Positions 8,198 through 15,166 of a stretch of 40,668 bases of DNA are shown here, piece after piece. Below the pieces are notes generated by a model. That model had not been told where the DNA came from and searched no databases. It saw nothing but the letters and a program-made list of their open reading frames with translations. The translations under genes were made by a program, and so were the position numbers. The stretch's first letter is position 1. Each line of letters starts with the position of its first letter. Origin of the DNA: a virus (Duplodnaviria > Caudoviricetes); IMG/VR virus record IMGVR_UViG_3300043754_000023, positions 1 through 40,668 of that record; one strand, written 5' to 3'.

Positions 8198-8253
8198 TTG
8201 ATGGCATCGGATTGAGCATCCTCATTTAAGGCGGCACTGCTAGCCGCCACCAA
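8198..8253 (-). ncRNA. Unknown RNA motif, copy B'
   Basis: GGCGGC-TAGCAGT-GCCGCC-TTAAATGA-GGAT-GCTCA-ATCC. Confidence 0.55.
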
Positions 8254-8254
8254 G

Positions 8255-8359
8255 TTCGGTCGATGGGATTCGAACCCATGGTGAGTCACGGCGCCCAAAG
8301 GCGCCTACACCTCACACCGCCTTCGCGGCGGTCGCATTTGGCCTCTCTGCCACAACCGA
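8255..8359 (-). tRNA. Atypical tRNA-like gene (anticodon CGA, nominally Ser) with a 35-nt variable arm
   Basis: TCGGTTG/CGACCGA acceptor, GCA/TGC D stem, ACCGC/GCGGT anticodon stem, ATGGG-TTCGAAT-CCCAT T arm. Confidence 0.75.
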
Positions 8360-8367
8360 AGATTGCG

Positions 8368-8434
8368 GCTATGGCCGCTGTGTGTACAGACAGTCATTTA
8401 AGCGTCGCACTGCTGCCCAGCGACGCACCATAGC
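8368..8434 (-). ncRNA. Unknown RNA motif, copy B
   Basis: GCTATGGT/GCCATAGC closing stem; GCGTCGC-..AGCAGT-GCGACGC-TTAAATGA-CTGT-N8-ACAG. Confidence 0.55.
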
Positions 8435-8495
8435 GAGTTATGCGTAGGCTGACACGGATCATTTCTCCGTCGCCAAGGCGACTACGCAAAAAGTG

Positions 8496-8587
8496 TTCCC
8501 GTGACCGGGAATCAATCTGGACTACTAGGCGTTGGCCGGAGCACTGGGCCAACGCTGAATCAACAGAGACTCAACCAGTCACGGGAA
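8496..8587 (-). ncRNA. Long irregular hairpin at the 5' end of the RNA cluster
   Basis: 13-bp basal stem TTCCCGTGACTGG/CCGGTCACGGGAA (G-U pair only on the minus strand); apical GCGTTGGCC/GGCCAACGC. Confidence 0.55.
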
Positions 8588-8919
8588 GTTCGTGTGCGCG
8601 CTCACGCGCGTCTTTTAAGAGATATCTCTATAGCGAAGCCCTTCAAGGGCTTCGCCTAATGTCTTTCATTCAATGCCGAAGGCTTATTGCCTTCGGCTTA
8701 TTACTAACTACTCATTGGCGCCCTCAAGGCGCCTTGTTGTCGTTCGGTCGGTCGCTTCGCTCCCTCCCTCACTCTGATGTACATGTCCCTCGGTCTCCGA
8801 TGGGACACAGTCCTGAGTAAAACCTTTGCAAACCGTCATTGACCTGCGTCGATGTGGTCGACGCCAGACTGATCAGTCCCTGTTGTGACTGCCAGCGAGA
8901 GCTCTTGGAAGCTCTCGTA

Positions 8920-8957
8920 AGTCAACACTTGACACGGCGCCCCGACGGGCGCATAGT
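8920..8957 (+). promoter_or_regulatory. Operator palindrome overlapping an early promoter
   Basis: AGTCAACACTTGACA; TTGACA-N17-CATAGT. Confidence 0.75.
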
Positions 8958-8995
8958 GGTCACATCGCAAGCCGCAGAAGCGGCAAGGAGAAGCA

Positions 8996-9103
8996 ATGAA
9001 CCTCAGACAGGCCATAGGCCTTCTGGTGGCGCGGAACCTGTTCTTCATTGCGCCACTGCTCATCAGAATCGTGGTCACTCACAACACCATCACCTATCGG
9101 TGA
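8996..9103 (+). CDS. Small hydrophobic peptide (35 aa), first early gene
   Basis: AAGGAG RBS; MNLRQAIGLLVARNLFFIAPLLIRIVV... Confidence 0.55.
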   Translation: MNLRQAIGLLVARNLFFIAPLLIRIVVTHNTITYR

Positions 9104-9112
9104 GGCGGAACA

Positions 9113-9316
9113 ATGAGCATTCATCTGTACCCGTATGACCTTCCCGCTTTCGCGGATGTTTCAGTCCTTCAGTGGAACGGACAGGAATGCGTCTACTGCC
9201 CCTCAGGGCATGTCTGCGCCTCTCGGGGCGTAATGATCCCCGTGGGCTTTATCCACGGTTCTCAGATCTTCGCGCACGGCGAGTGTGCCGCAGAGCATCA
9301 GTGGGAGGAATCATGA
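9113..9316 (+). CDS. Hypothetical Cys/His-containing protein
   Basis: CVYC...H.EC; coupled to the next gene. Confidence 0.65.
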   Translation: MSIHLYPYDLPAFADVSVLQWNGQECVYCPSGHVCASRGVMIPVGFIHGSQIFAHGECAAEHQWEES

Positions 9317-9480
9317 CCGACGAAGAGAAGGAAGCGTTCAAGGCAATCGTGTCCGCTGAGGCGGACTTCTACCAGGCATCGTTCCTGTGTGGACTTCTGA
9401 AGCACAACAACAGGGACACCATTCAGTTGCACGAGCGCTGTGCTTTGCCGGCCATCGTCCGGCTATGGAAGGTGAAGTGA
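9313..9480 (+). CDS. Hypothetical protein
   Basis: GGAGG RBS, ATGA overlap; MTDEEKEAFK... Confidence 0.65.
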   Translation: MTDEEKEAFKAIVSAEADFYQASFLCGLLKHNNRDTIQLHERCALPAIVRLWKVK

Positions 9481-9671
9481 TGGAGTGGGCTCGCAAGGCG
9501 GTATTCGACTATCACGAGTACCGTGCCAGCCATGGCAACCTGAACTTCTGCATTGACGGCAAGGGGCGCGATTGGACGCTCCGAGGCTGGATTGATGGCA
9601 AGTTCAGTGTCTATGAGCACGGAGACAGCCTGAAGGCACTCAAGTCGCTTGCCGAGGAGCAAATCAAGTGA
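9480..9671 (+). CDS. Hypothetical protein
   Basis: TGATG overlap; MEWARKAVF... Confidence 0.65.
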   Translation: MEWARKAVFDYHEYRASHGNLNFCIDGKGRDWTLRGWIDGKFSVYEHGDSLKALKSLAEEQIK

Positions 9672-9787
9672 TCTGCCCTCAATGCCGTGAAGCGGCTGAT
9701 AAGGTGAAGCCCAAGCTTCACAAGAAGTGCACTGGGCACTGTGACTGCCAGCATCGTAAAGGCCAATGGATCATCAAGGAGAAGTGA
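9668..9787 (+). CDS. Small Cys-rich (Zn-binding-like) protein, 39 aa
   Basis: GAGGAG RBS; MICPQC...CTGHCDCQH. Confidence 0.6.
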   Translation: MICPQCREAADKVKPKLHKKCTGHCDCQHRKGQWIIKEK

Positions 9788-9900
9788 TGTGGTACGTACT
9801 GACGGACAACGGCCGTAAGCCGTTTGCGGACTATGACGAAGCGTGGCGGTACGCCACTACGGCTTATGGCGAAATCGGGGTGTATCTGATTGAGCAATAG
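9787..9900 (+). CDS. Small hypothetical protein, 37 aa
   Basis: AAGGAG RBS, TGATG overlap. Confidence 0.55.
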   Translation: MWYVLTDNGRKPFADYDEAWRYATTAYGEIGVYLIEQ

Positions 9901-12754
9901 CTTCGTTCATCTACACAACCACACGCAGTACAGCATGCTTGATGGAGCGGCCCGACTAGGGCCGCTCTTTTCGTCGGCCGCATCCATGGGGATGCCTGCC
10001 ATTGCCATGACCGACCATGGCAACCTGCATGGTGCCTACTCGTTTTGGAAGGCCGGACAGGAGTCCGGCGTCAAACCCATCATCGGACTTGAGGCCTACG
10101 TAGCGCCCAACGGGCGCCAGGAGCGCACAGCAGTGCGCTGGGCCAACGGTGGTGAGGACGACGTCTCTGGAGCCGGCAAGTACCTTCACATGACGCTTCT
10201 GGCGTCCAACAACGCTGGCTTGCACAACCTGTTCAAGCTCTCTTCCAGGTCTTACTCCGAAGGCATGTACGGCAAGCCTCGCATTGACTTGGAGCTCCTG
10301 GCGGAGCACGCCGAAGGGCTCATTGGGACCACAGGATGCCCCTCAGGGGGCGTTCAGACTTGGCTGCGTATTGGTGAGCCCTCCAAGGCTCTTGAGTACG
10401 CGTCAGGGCTCTCAGACATCCTCGGTCCTGGCAACTTGTTCGTTGAGCTTATGGACCATGGCTTGGAGTTGGAGACCAAGGTTCGTGGTGGCTTGCTGGA
10501 CGTCAGCCGGCAGCTTGGGCTGCCGTTGCTGGCAACGAATGACAGTCACTTCGTGTCATGGGATGACGCCAAGGCTCATGACCTCTTGCTCTGCATCGGC
10601 ACTCGGTCTGAGCTGGACGACCCAGACCGCTTCAGGTTCAACGGGAGCGGCTACTGGCTCCGTTCGCCGGAAGAGATGCGCGGACTGTTCCGCGACCTGC
10701 CAGAGGCGTGCGATAACACGCTCCGTGTAGCGGAGCGCTGTGAGGTCTCCTTCGAGTCTCGGGATCTCCTGCCGAAGTTCCCCGTACCAGACGGGTGGAC
10801 AGAGGATCTGTATTTCAGGACAGAGGTCTATCGCGGCCTTCAGCGCCGCTATCCTCGCGGGATTCCCCGCGATCGAATTGAGAGGGCAGAGTATGAGCTT
10901 AAAGTCATTGGCCAGATGGGTTTCCCATCGTATTTCCTCGTCGTTGCCGACTTCATTTCTTGGGCTAAGCGCAATGCTATTCGTGTTGGTCCTGGTAGAG
11001 GTAGCGCTGCTGGTTCGCTTGTTTCTTACGCTCTAGGCATTACAGACCTAGATCCCATTGAACACCGGTTGATGTTTGAGCGCTTCCTGAATCCGGAGCG
11101 CGTCAGCATGCCGGATATCGATATCGACTTTGACGACCGAAGGAGAGGTGAAGTCATTGAGTACGTTGCCAAGAGATGGGGACATGACCATGTCGCGCAA
11201 ATCGCGACGTTTGGTTACATCAAAGCGAAGGCTGCGCTCAAGGATAGTGCGCGTGCGTTGGGGCACGACTTTGGAGTTGGTGACGCTCTCACCAAGGCCT
11301 TTCCGGCCCCTATCATGGGTAAGGATGCATCTCTGGACTGCGTCACAGATCCTGGTCATGAGCGATATGGAGACGCGCGACAAGTACGGCAGATGGTCAG
11401 TGACGATGGTACCTATGCGTCCATTCTTGAATCTGCGCGAGGCGTTGAAGGACTCATTCGTCAGCCTGGAGTCCATGCCGCCGGAGTAGTCATCTCGGCA
11501 GAGCCATTGATTGACCATGTGCCGCTGTGGCAGAACAAGGATGGGCAGGTCATCACGCAGTTTGACTACCCGACCTGTGAGGCCTTGGGGCTTCTCAAGA
11601 TGGACTTTCTTGGTCTCCGCAATCTAACCATCATTGACGACTGCCTGAAGGAGGTAGAACGAAACCATGGCGTTCACGTTGACCTGTTGCGACTTCCATT
11701 GGATGATCAACGAACTTTTGGACTTCTGGCCGGAGGAGCAACACTCGGAGTTTTTCAACTTGATTCAGGCCCCATGCGCAAACTTCTCCAACGAATGCGG
11801 CCCGATCAGTTCGGCGACATTGCTGCCGTTCTGGCGCTCTATCGCCCCGGACCTATGGGGGTCAAAGCCCACTACGCCTACGCCGACCGAAAGAACGGAA
11901 GAGAGGCCGTTTCTCCGATACACCAGGAATTGGAATCGCCTCTATGGCCAATCCTCGGAGAAACCTACGGAGTAATCGTCTATCAGGAACAGGTCATCCA
12001 AGCTGCTCAGATCGTGGCCGGATACTCTGCCGGACAGGCAGACATGCTCCGCCGTGCCATGGGCAAGAAGAAGAAAGAGGTTCTTGATAAAGAGTTTGTT
12101 CCGTTCAGCGCAGGCATGCGCGGCAATGGCTTTTCGGAAGACGCGATTTCTGCTCTCTGGGAGACGCTTGTTCCGTTTGCTGACTACGCATTCAACCGCG
12201 CTCACGCGGCGGCATACGGACTGATCTCGTACTGGACTGCCTATCTGAAGGCTCACTACCCGGCGGAGTACATGGCCGCCGTACTGACAGGTGAGGTAGG
12301 CAAGGCCCCAGAGCAGGACTCCACAGCCTTGTACCTGAACGAGTGCAGGCGCATGTGCATAGATGTCCAGGCGCCCTCTGTCAACGTCTCTCAGGCGTCC
12401 TACACGCCCGACAACGGGCGGATCCTGCACGGCCTTGGAGCCGTGAAGGGCGTCGGTGTGGCCGGCGAAGCCATCGTTTGTGAGCGAAATGTGAACGGGC
12501 CGTACACGTCCCTGGTGGACCTCCTTGCGCGTGTTGGCACACGCGTCATGAACAAACGCGTTGTTGAAGCCCTGTCAGAGGCCGGCGCCCTGGACACGTT
12601 TGGGTCACGGCGTGAGGTCTTGGAGACCTACGAACGAGTAACTGAAACGGTGTCTGATCTGGGGAAACGTGCTGCCTACGGGCAGCACACCCTGTTCGGC
12701 AACGGACTCGTTCTGATTGGTAGTAAGTCAACAGTTGACATGCGGACCATCTAG
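9890..12754 (+). CDS. dnaE: DNA polymerase III alpha subunit (family C), C-terminally shortened
   Basis: PHP domain (HLHNH..YSMLDG, TDHG, NDSH), GRGSAAGS, PDIDID, KMDFLGL, YAFN motifs; QHTLF clamp-binding-like motif. Confidence 0.97.
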   Translation: MSNSFVHLHNHTQYSMLDGAARLGPLFSSAASMGMPAIAMTDHGNLHGAYSFWKAGQESGVKPIIGLEAYVAPNGRQERTAVRWANGGEDDVSGAGKYLHMTLLASNNAGLHNLFKLSSRSYSEGMYGKPRIDLELLAEHAEGLIGTTGCPSGGVQTWLRIGEPSKALEYASGLSDILGPGNLFVELMDHGLELETKVRGGLLDVSRQLGLPLLATNDSHFVSWDDAKAHDLLLCIGTRSELDDPDRFRFNGSGYWLRSPEEMRGLFRDLPEACDNTLRVAERCEVSFESRDLLPKFPVPDGWTEDLYFRTEVYRGLQRRYPRGIPRDRIERAEYELKVIGQMGFPSYFLVVADFISWAKRNAIRVGPGRGSAAGSLVSYALGITDLDPIEHRLMFERFLNPERVSMPDIDIDFDDRRRGEVIEYVAKRWGHDHVAQIATFGYIKAKAALKDSARALGHDFGVGDALTKAFPAPIMGKDASLDCVTDPGHERYGDARQVRQMVSDDGTYASILESARGVEGLIRQPGVHAAGVVISAEPLIDHVPLWQNKDGQVITQFDYPTCEALGLLKMDFLGLRNLTIIDDCLKEVERNHGVHVDLLRLPLDDQRTFGLLAGGATLGVFQLDSGPMRKLLQRMRPDQFGDIAAVLALYRPGPMGVKAHYAYADRKNGREAVSPIHQELESPLWPILGETYGVIVYQEQVIQAAQIVAGYSAGQADMLRRAMGKKKKEVLDKEFVPFSAGMRGNGFSEDAISALWETLVPFADYAFNRAHAAAYGLISYWTAYLKAHYPAEYMAAVLTGEVGKAPEQDSTALYLNECRRMCIDVQAPSVNVSQASYTPDNGRILHGLGAVKGVGVAGEAIVCERNVNGPYTSLVDLLARVGTRVMNKRVVEALSEAGALDTFGSRREVLETYERVTETVSDLGKRAAYGQHTLFGNGLVLIGSKSTVDMRTI

Positions 12755-12764
12755 GGCGCATGCT
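12726..12764 (+). promoter_or_regulatory. Operator palindrome plus promoter
   Basis: AGTCAACAGTTGACA; TTGACA-N18-CATGCT. Confidence 0.7.
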
Positions 12765-12805
12765 CTTCACATGGCCCCCACAAAGGGGCCGGAACCATCC
12801 GGGTC

Positions 12806-12828
12806 AGGCGCCCATCGGGGCGCCTTTC
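12806..12828 (+). terminator. GC hairpin, possible terminator
   Basis: AGGCGCCC-ATCG-GGGCGCCT-TTC. Confidence 0.5.
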
Positions 12829-12840
12829 CTAGCCCGAGTA

Positions 12841-12855
12841 AGTCAATACTTGACA
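12841..12855 (+). promoter_or_regulatory. Operator palindrome just upstream of an RBS
   Basis: AGTCAATACTTGACA. Confidence 0.75.
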
Positions 12856-12866
12856 TTGGAGTCACA

Positions 12867-12995
12867 GTGACCAAGAAGATCAGCACCGAAGAAGTCGAAG
12901 ACGTCAAGGTTCTCCGCCGGCTGGTGGACAAGGAGCGCACGCTTCAGCGCCGACAGGCGCGCTGGACGAAGACCTTCACTCGGACCAACGGCTGA
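12867..12995 (+). CDS. Small hypothetical protein
   Basis: GGAG RBS, GTG start; MTKKISTEEVEDV... Confidence 0.6.
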   Translation: MTKKISTEEVEDVKVLRRLVDKERTLQRRQARWTKTFTRTNG

Positions 12996-13009
12996 AAAGG
13001 ATCAGGGTC

Positions 13010-13240
13010 ATGGAACTCTCTCAGGTCATGCGAGTCATCAACCGCTTCAAGCGGGAAGACCACTGGACATTCGCCGCCATGGCGGTTGAGAGCACTTACA
13101 GGACCGCCGGCCCGAAGGCCGCAATGCTCCACGCAAAGCGGATTGCCGCTGCATATAACAGCCTCAGGGCTCACAGCGTTCAGGCCAGGACAGAAGCGCT
13201 CCGCGCACAGGCTCAGCGACAGGGACTGAGGTACGTCTGA
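13010..13240 (+). CDS. Hypothetical protein
   Basis: Tiles the operon; TGATG overlap with the next gene. Confidence 0.65.
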   Translation: MELSQVMRVINRFKREDHWTFAAMAVESTYRTAGPKAAMLHAKRIAAAYNSLRAHSVQARTEALRAQAQRQGLRYV

Positions 13241-13551
13241 TGAACGGCATGATCCGGACTCAAGACGCCATGCGTCTTGTCTCGGCCAACGGCCGGAACG
13301 GTGAATCGGTTTGGTCCCTGTTCTCCCTTACGCGGAGCGCAGACACCTATGCGGAGACGCTGGACTCAATCAAGCGGTACGGAGTTCAGGTTCCGATCCT
13401 GATCAGGGAAGAAGAAGTGTGCAACGGCACGCATCGCGTGACTGCCGCATTCGAACTCGGCATCGCAGAGATCCCGTTCACGGATGACCCCGAAATCGGT
13501 TGGGCCAATGAGTTTGAGTGGCCCGAAGAGAAGGAGGCGTGCCGTGACTGA
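13240..13551 (+). CDS. ParB-N-like domain protein
   Basis: L.DSIK.YGVQVPILI....VCNGTHRVTAAFELG. Confidence 0.75.
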   Translation: MNGMIRTQDAMRLVSANGRNGESVWSLFSLTRSADTYAETLDSIKRYGVQVPILIREEEVCNGTHRVTAAFELGIAEIPFTDDPEIGWANEFEWPEEKEACRD

Positions 13552-13708
13552 GATCGAAGTCCGTGTGCAGATGGCGAAGGAAATCCGGCAGCGTACCGCA
13601 GACGGATTCGAGCGGGTCAAGGGCGCCTACGGCGCCGACTACGCGGCCGGTTGGCGCTCCGGTAGGGAGCGTCTGGCAGAACTCATTGAAGAAGGGACTA
13701 TCTGGTGA
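13544..13708 (+). CDS. Hypothetical protein
   Basis: AAGGAGG RBS, GTG start. Confidence 0.6.
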   Translation: MTEIEVRVQMAKEIRQRTADGFERVKGAYGADYAAGWRSGRERLAELIEEGTIW

Positions 13709-13804
13709 CGACCGAAGAGGAGATGCGTTCTCCTGACTGGTGCTGGACGCACATGTGCCACAAGACCCAGTGTCCGACGCCGAACGACCATTAGGAGGCA
13801 TGCA

Positions 13805-13987
13805 ATGAGTGATGCGCCGCTGAATCTCAACATCGGTTCTATCCCCTTCAGGAAGGGGACTTGGCTCTCTCTTCAGCAGGGTTCGGTGATCAAGACGCTC
13901 GCCAAGTTTCGTGACAAGGAGTCGGTAGACCTGTTCATGCAGGTCATGGTAAAGGCGCAGAAGGACGGGATTAAGGTCAATGGCTGA
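13805..13987 (+). CDS. Hypothetical protein
   Basis: AGGAGG RBS. Confidence 0.7.
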   Translation: MSDAPLNLNIGSIPFRKGTWLSLQQGSVIKTLAKFRDKESVDLFMQVMVKAQKDGIKVNG

Positions 13988-14633
13988 GTTCGCCATCCCC
14001 GCGCCTGAGTTGGCGCGACTGACACACAACGCTTTGGCTTTCATGCCAGCGCGGAGCGCGGTCAAGGTCTGTCGAGTGCATCAGAACATCGGGAGTCTGA
14101 GCATCATGGCAACCGATCTGTTTACGGTTGGGCATGACAGTGTCTCGATCGAAACTGAGAACGCGACTGCGTCCATTGACCTCAGCCGTGAAGACCTTCA
14201 GTCGCTGGACAAGGTCGCTCGCGCGGCCAAGAAGGAAGACGTTCGGATCGTCCTTCGTCGTGCGGATGGATTGGAGTTCTTCTCTGAAGACGTCCATGGC
14301 GTCTACCTGGACTCCAGCGCACAGCGCGATCCGGAAGACCTGTGGGACAGGTGCCTTGAGCTTCTGACGCGCCTTGAGCGCGACACGGAGACCGTGCACT
14401 TCTCGTACCTGACTGTTGATCCCGCGCTGTTCGCGCGGTTCGGGAAGGTCAAGCTGGCAGGCGGCAAGGAGTGCATTGCTGATCTCTACTTCCAGAACCT
14501 GGACGACCAGATCCTAGTGAAGATTGGGGGCACCTTCAGGGGCGCCATCATGCCCGTCGATCGCAGTGAAGCTGCGGCATCTGAATCCATCGGGGCCGAG
14601 GGGCTTTGGTCTGAGCAGAAAGTCAATACTTGA
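13980..14633 (+). CDS. Beta sliding-clamp-like protein (about two clamp domains)
   Basis: IMATD motif and C-terminal GAIMPV resemble DnaN; 217 aa; same operon as dnaE. Confidence 0.6.
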   Translation: MAEFAIPAPELARLTHNALAFMPARSAVKVCRVHQNIGSLSIMATDLFTVGHDSVSIETENATASIDLSREDLQSLDKVARAAKKEDVRIVLRRADGLEFFSEDVHGVYLDSSAQRDPEDLWDRCLELLTRLERDTETVHFSYLTVDPALFARFGKVKLAGGKECIADLYFQNLDDQILVKIGGTFRGAIMPVDRSEAAASESIGAEGLWSEQKVNT

Positions 14634-14635
14634 CA
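14621..14635 (+). promoter_or_regulatory. Operator palindrome at a gene junction
   Basis: AGTCAATACTTGACA overlapping a stop codon and the next ATG. Confidence 0.75.
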
Positions 14636-14829
14636 TGGGATTCGGATTCCAAACGCGTGAGCCCCAGATCAGTGCGCCATATGCACTTGACGGGCTTGTG
14701 GCGATTAGCTCCGGAGAGCCCATGGGGCTGAACGGCCATGTAGTCACAGTCCATATGTCTCCCGATGAAGCGCGCCTCTATGCGCTCAAGCTCTTGAAGG
14801 CAGCAGACAAGGCGGAAGAGGGCCGATGA
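14635..14829 (+). CDS. Hypothetical protein
   Basis: MGFGFQTRE...MSPDEARLYALKLLKAA; start uncertain. Confidence 0.55.
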   Translation: MGFGFQTREPQISAPYALDGLVAISSGEPMGLNGHVVTVHMSPDEARLYALKLLKAADKAEEGR

Positions 14830-15059
14830 ACGACCGACAGAAATGGGCCCTTGCGTGGGGCGCATGGATCTCGTATCTCATCGTCGCAGAGTCCATTGCA
14901 TTGGCCTCTGACGAGCCGTCTGCGCCGCTGTGCGGCGTACTGAGGCCAATCCTCGGGGCCCGGAAGGGCAACGCCCACACGGCCCTTGGGATGGCCGGCT
15001 ATGCCGCCGGAGCGGCCTGGTTCGCAGTGCATCTGTTCGGCAAGGAGGGGCGTGCATGA
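14826..15059 (+). CDS. Small membrane protein
   Basis: Two hydrophobic helices; ATGA overlaps. Confidence 0.7.
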   Translation: MNDRQKWALAWGAWISYLIVAESIALASDEPSAPLCGVLRPILGARKGNAHTALGMAGYAAGAAWFAVHLFGKEGRA

Positions 15060-15166
15060 GTCAGGAAGAGTGGATAAAGAAGCATGTCGGGCAGGCCCCG
15101 ACCCTTCCCGACGATGTCTTGGCTCGCGCCCTGAGGCACTTCGGGGTGAAGATCAAAGCCGCTTGA
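15056..15166 (+). CDS. 36-aa RDF-like peptide, copy 1
   Basis: AAGGAGG RBS; MSQEEWIKKHVGQAPTLPDDVLARALRHFGVKIKAA. Confidence 0.65.
   Translation: MSQEEWIKKHVGQAPTLPDDVLARALRHFGVKIKAA

Noticed and set aside
8255-8359. Selenocysteine or suppressor tRNA, or intron-containing tRNA
   Set aside because: Anticodon reads CGA, not UCA/CUA; the extra sequence forms a paired variable arm rather than an anticodon-loop intron; genes use all three stop codons normally
8198-8434. Hammerhead or theta/HDV-like ribozyme
   Set aside because: No CUGANGA/GAAA core, and I could not build the HDV nested pseudoknot 3' of either tRNA; kept as an unknown motif
8440-8820. 126-aa plus-strand ORF
   Set aside because: No RBS, unnatural composition, and it overlaps structured RNA and palindromes
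9890-12754. Intein or intron in dnaE
   Set aside because: The protein is shorter than cellular DnaE, with contiguous motifs and no intein-like insertion seen
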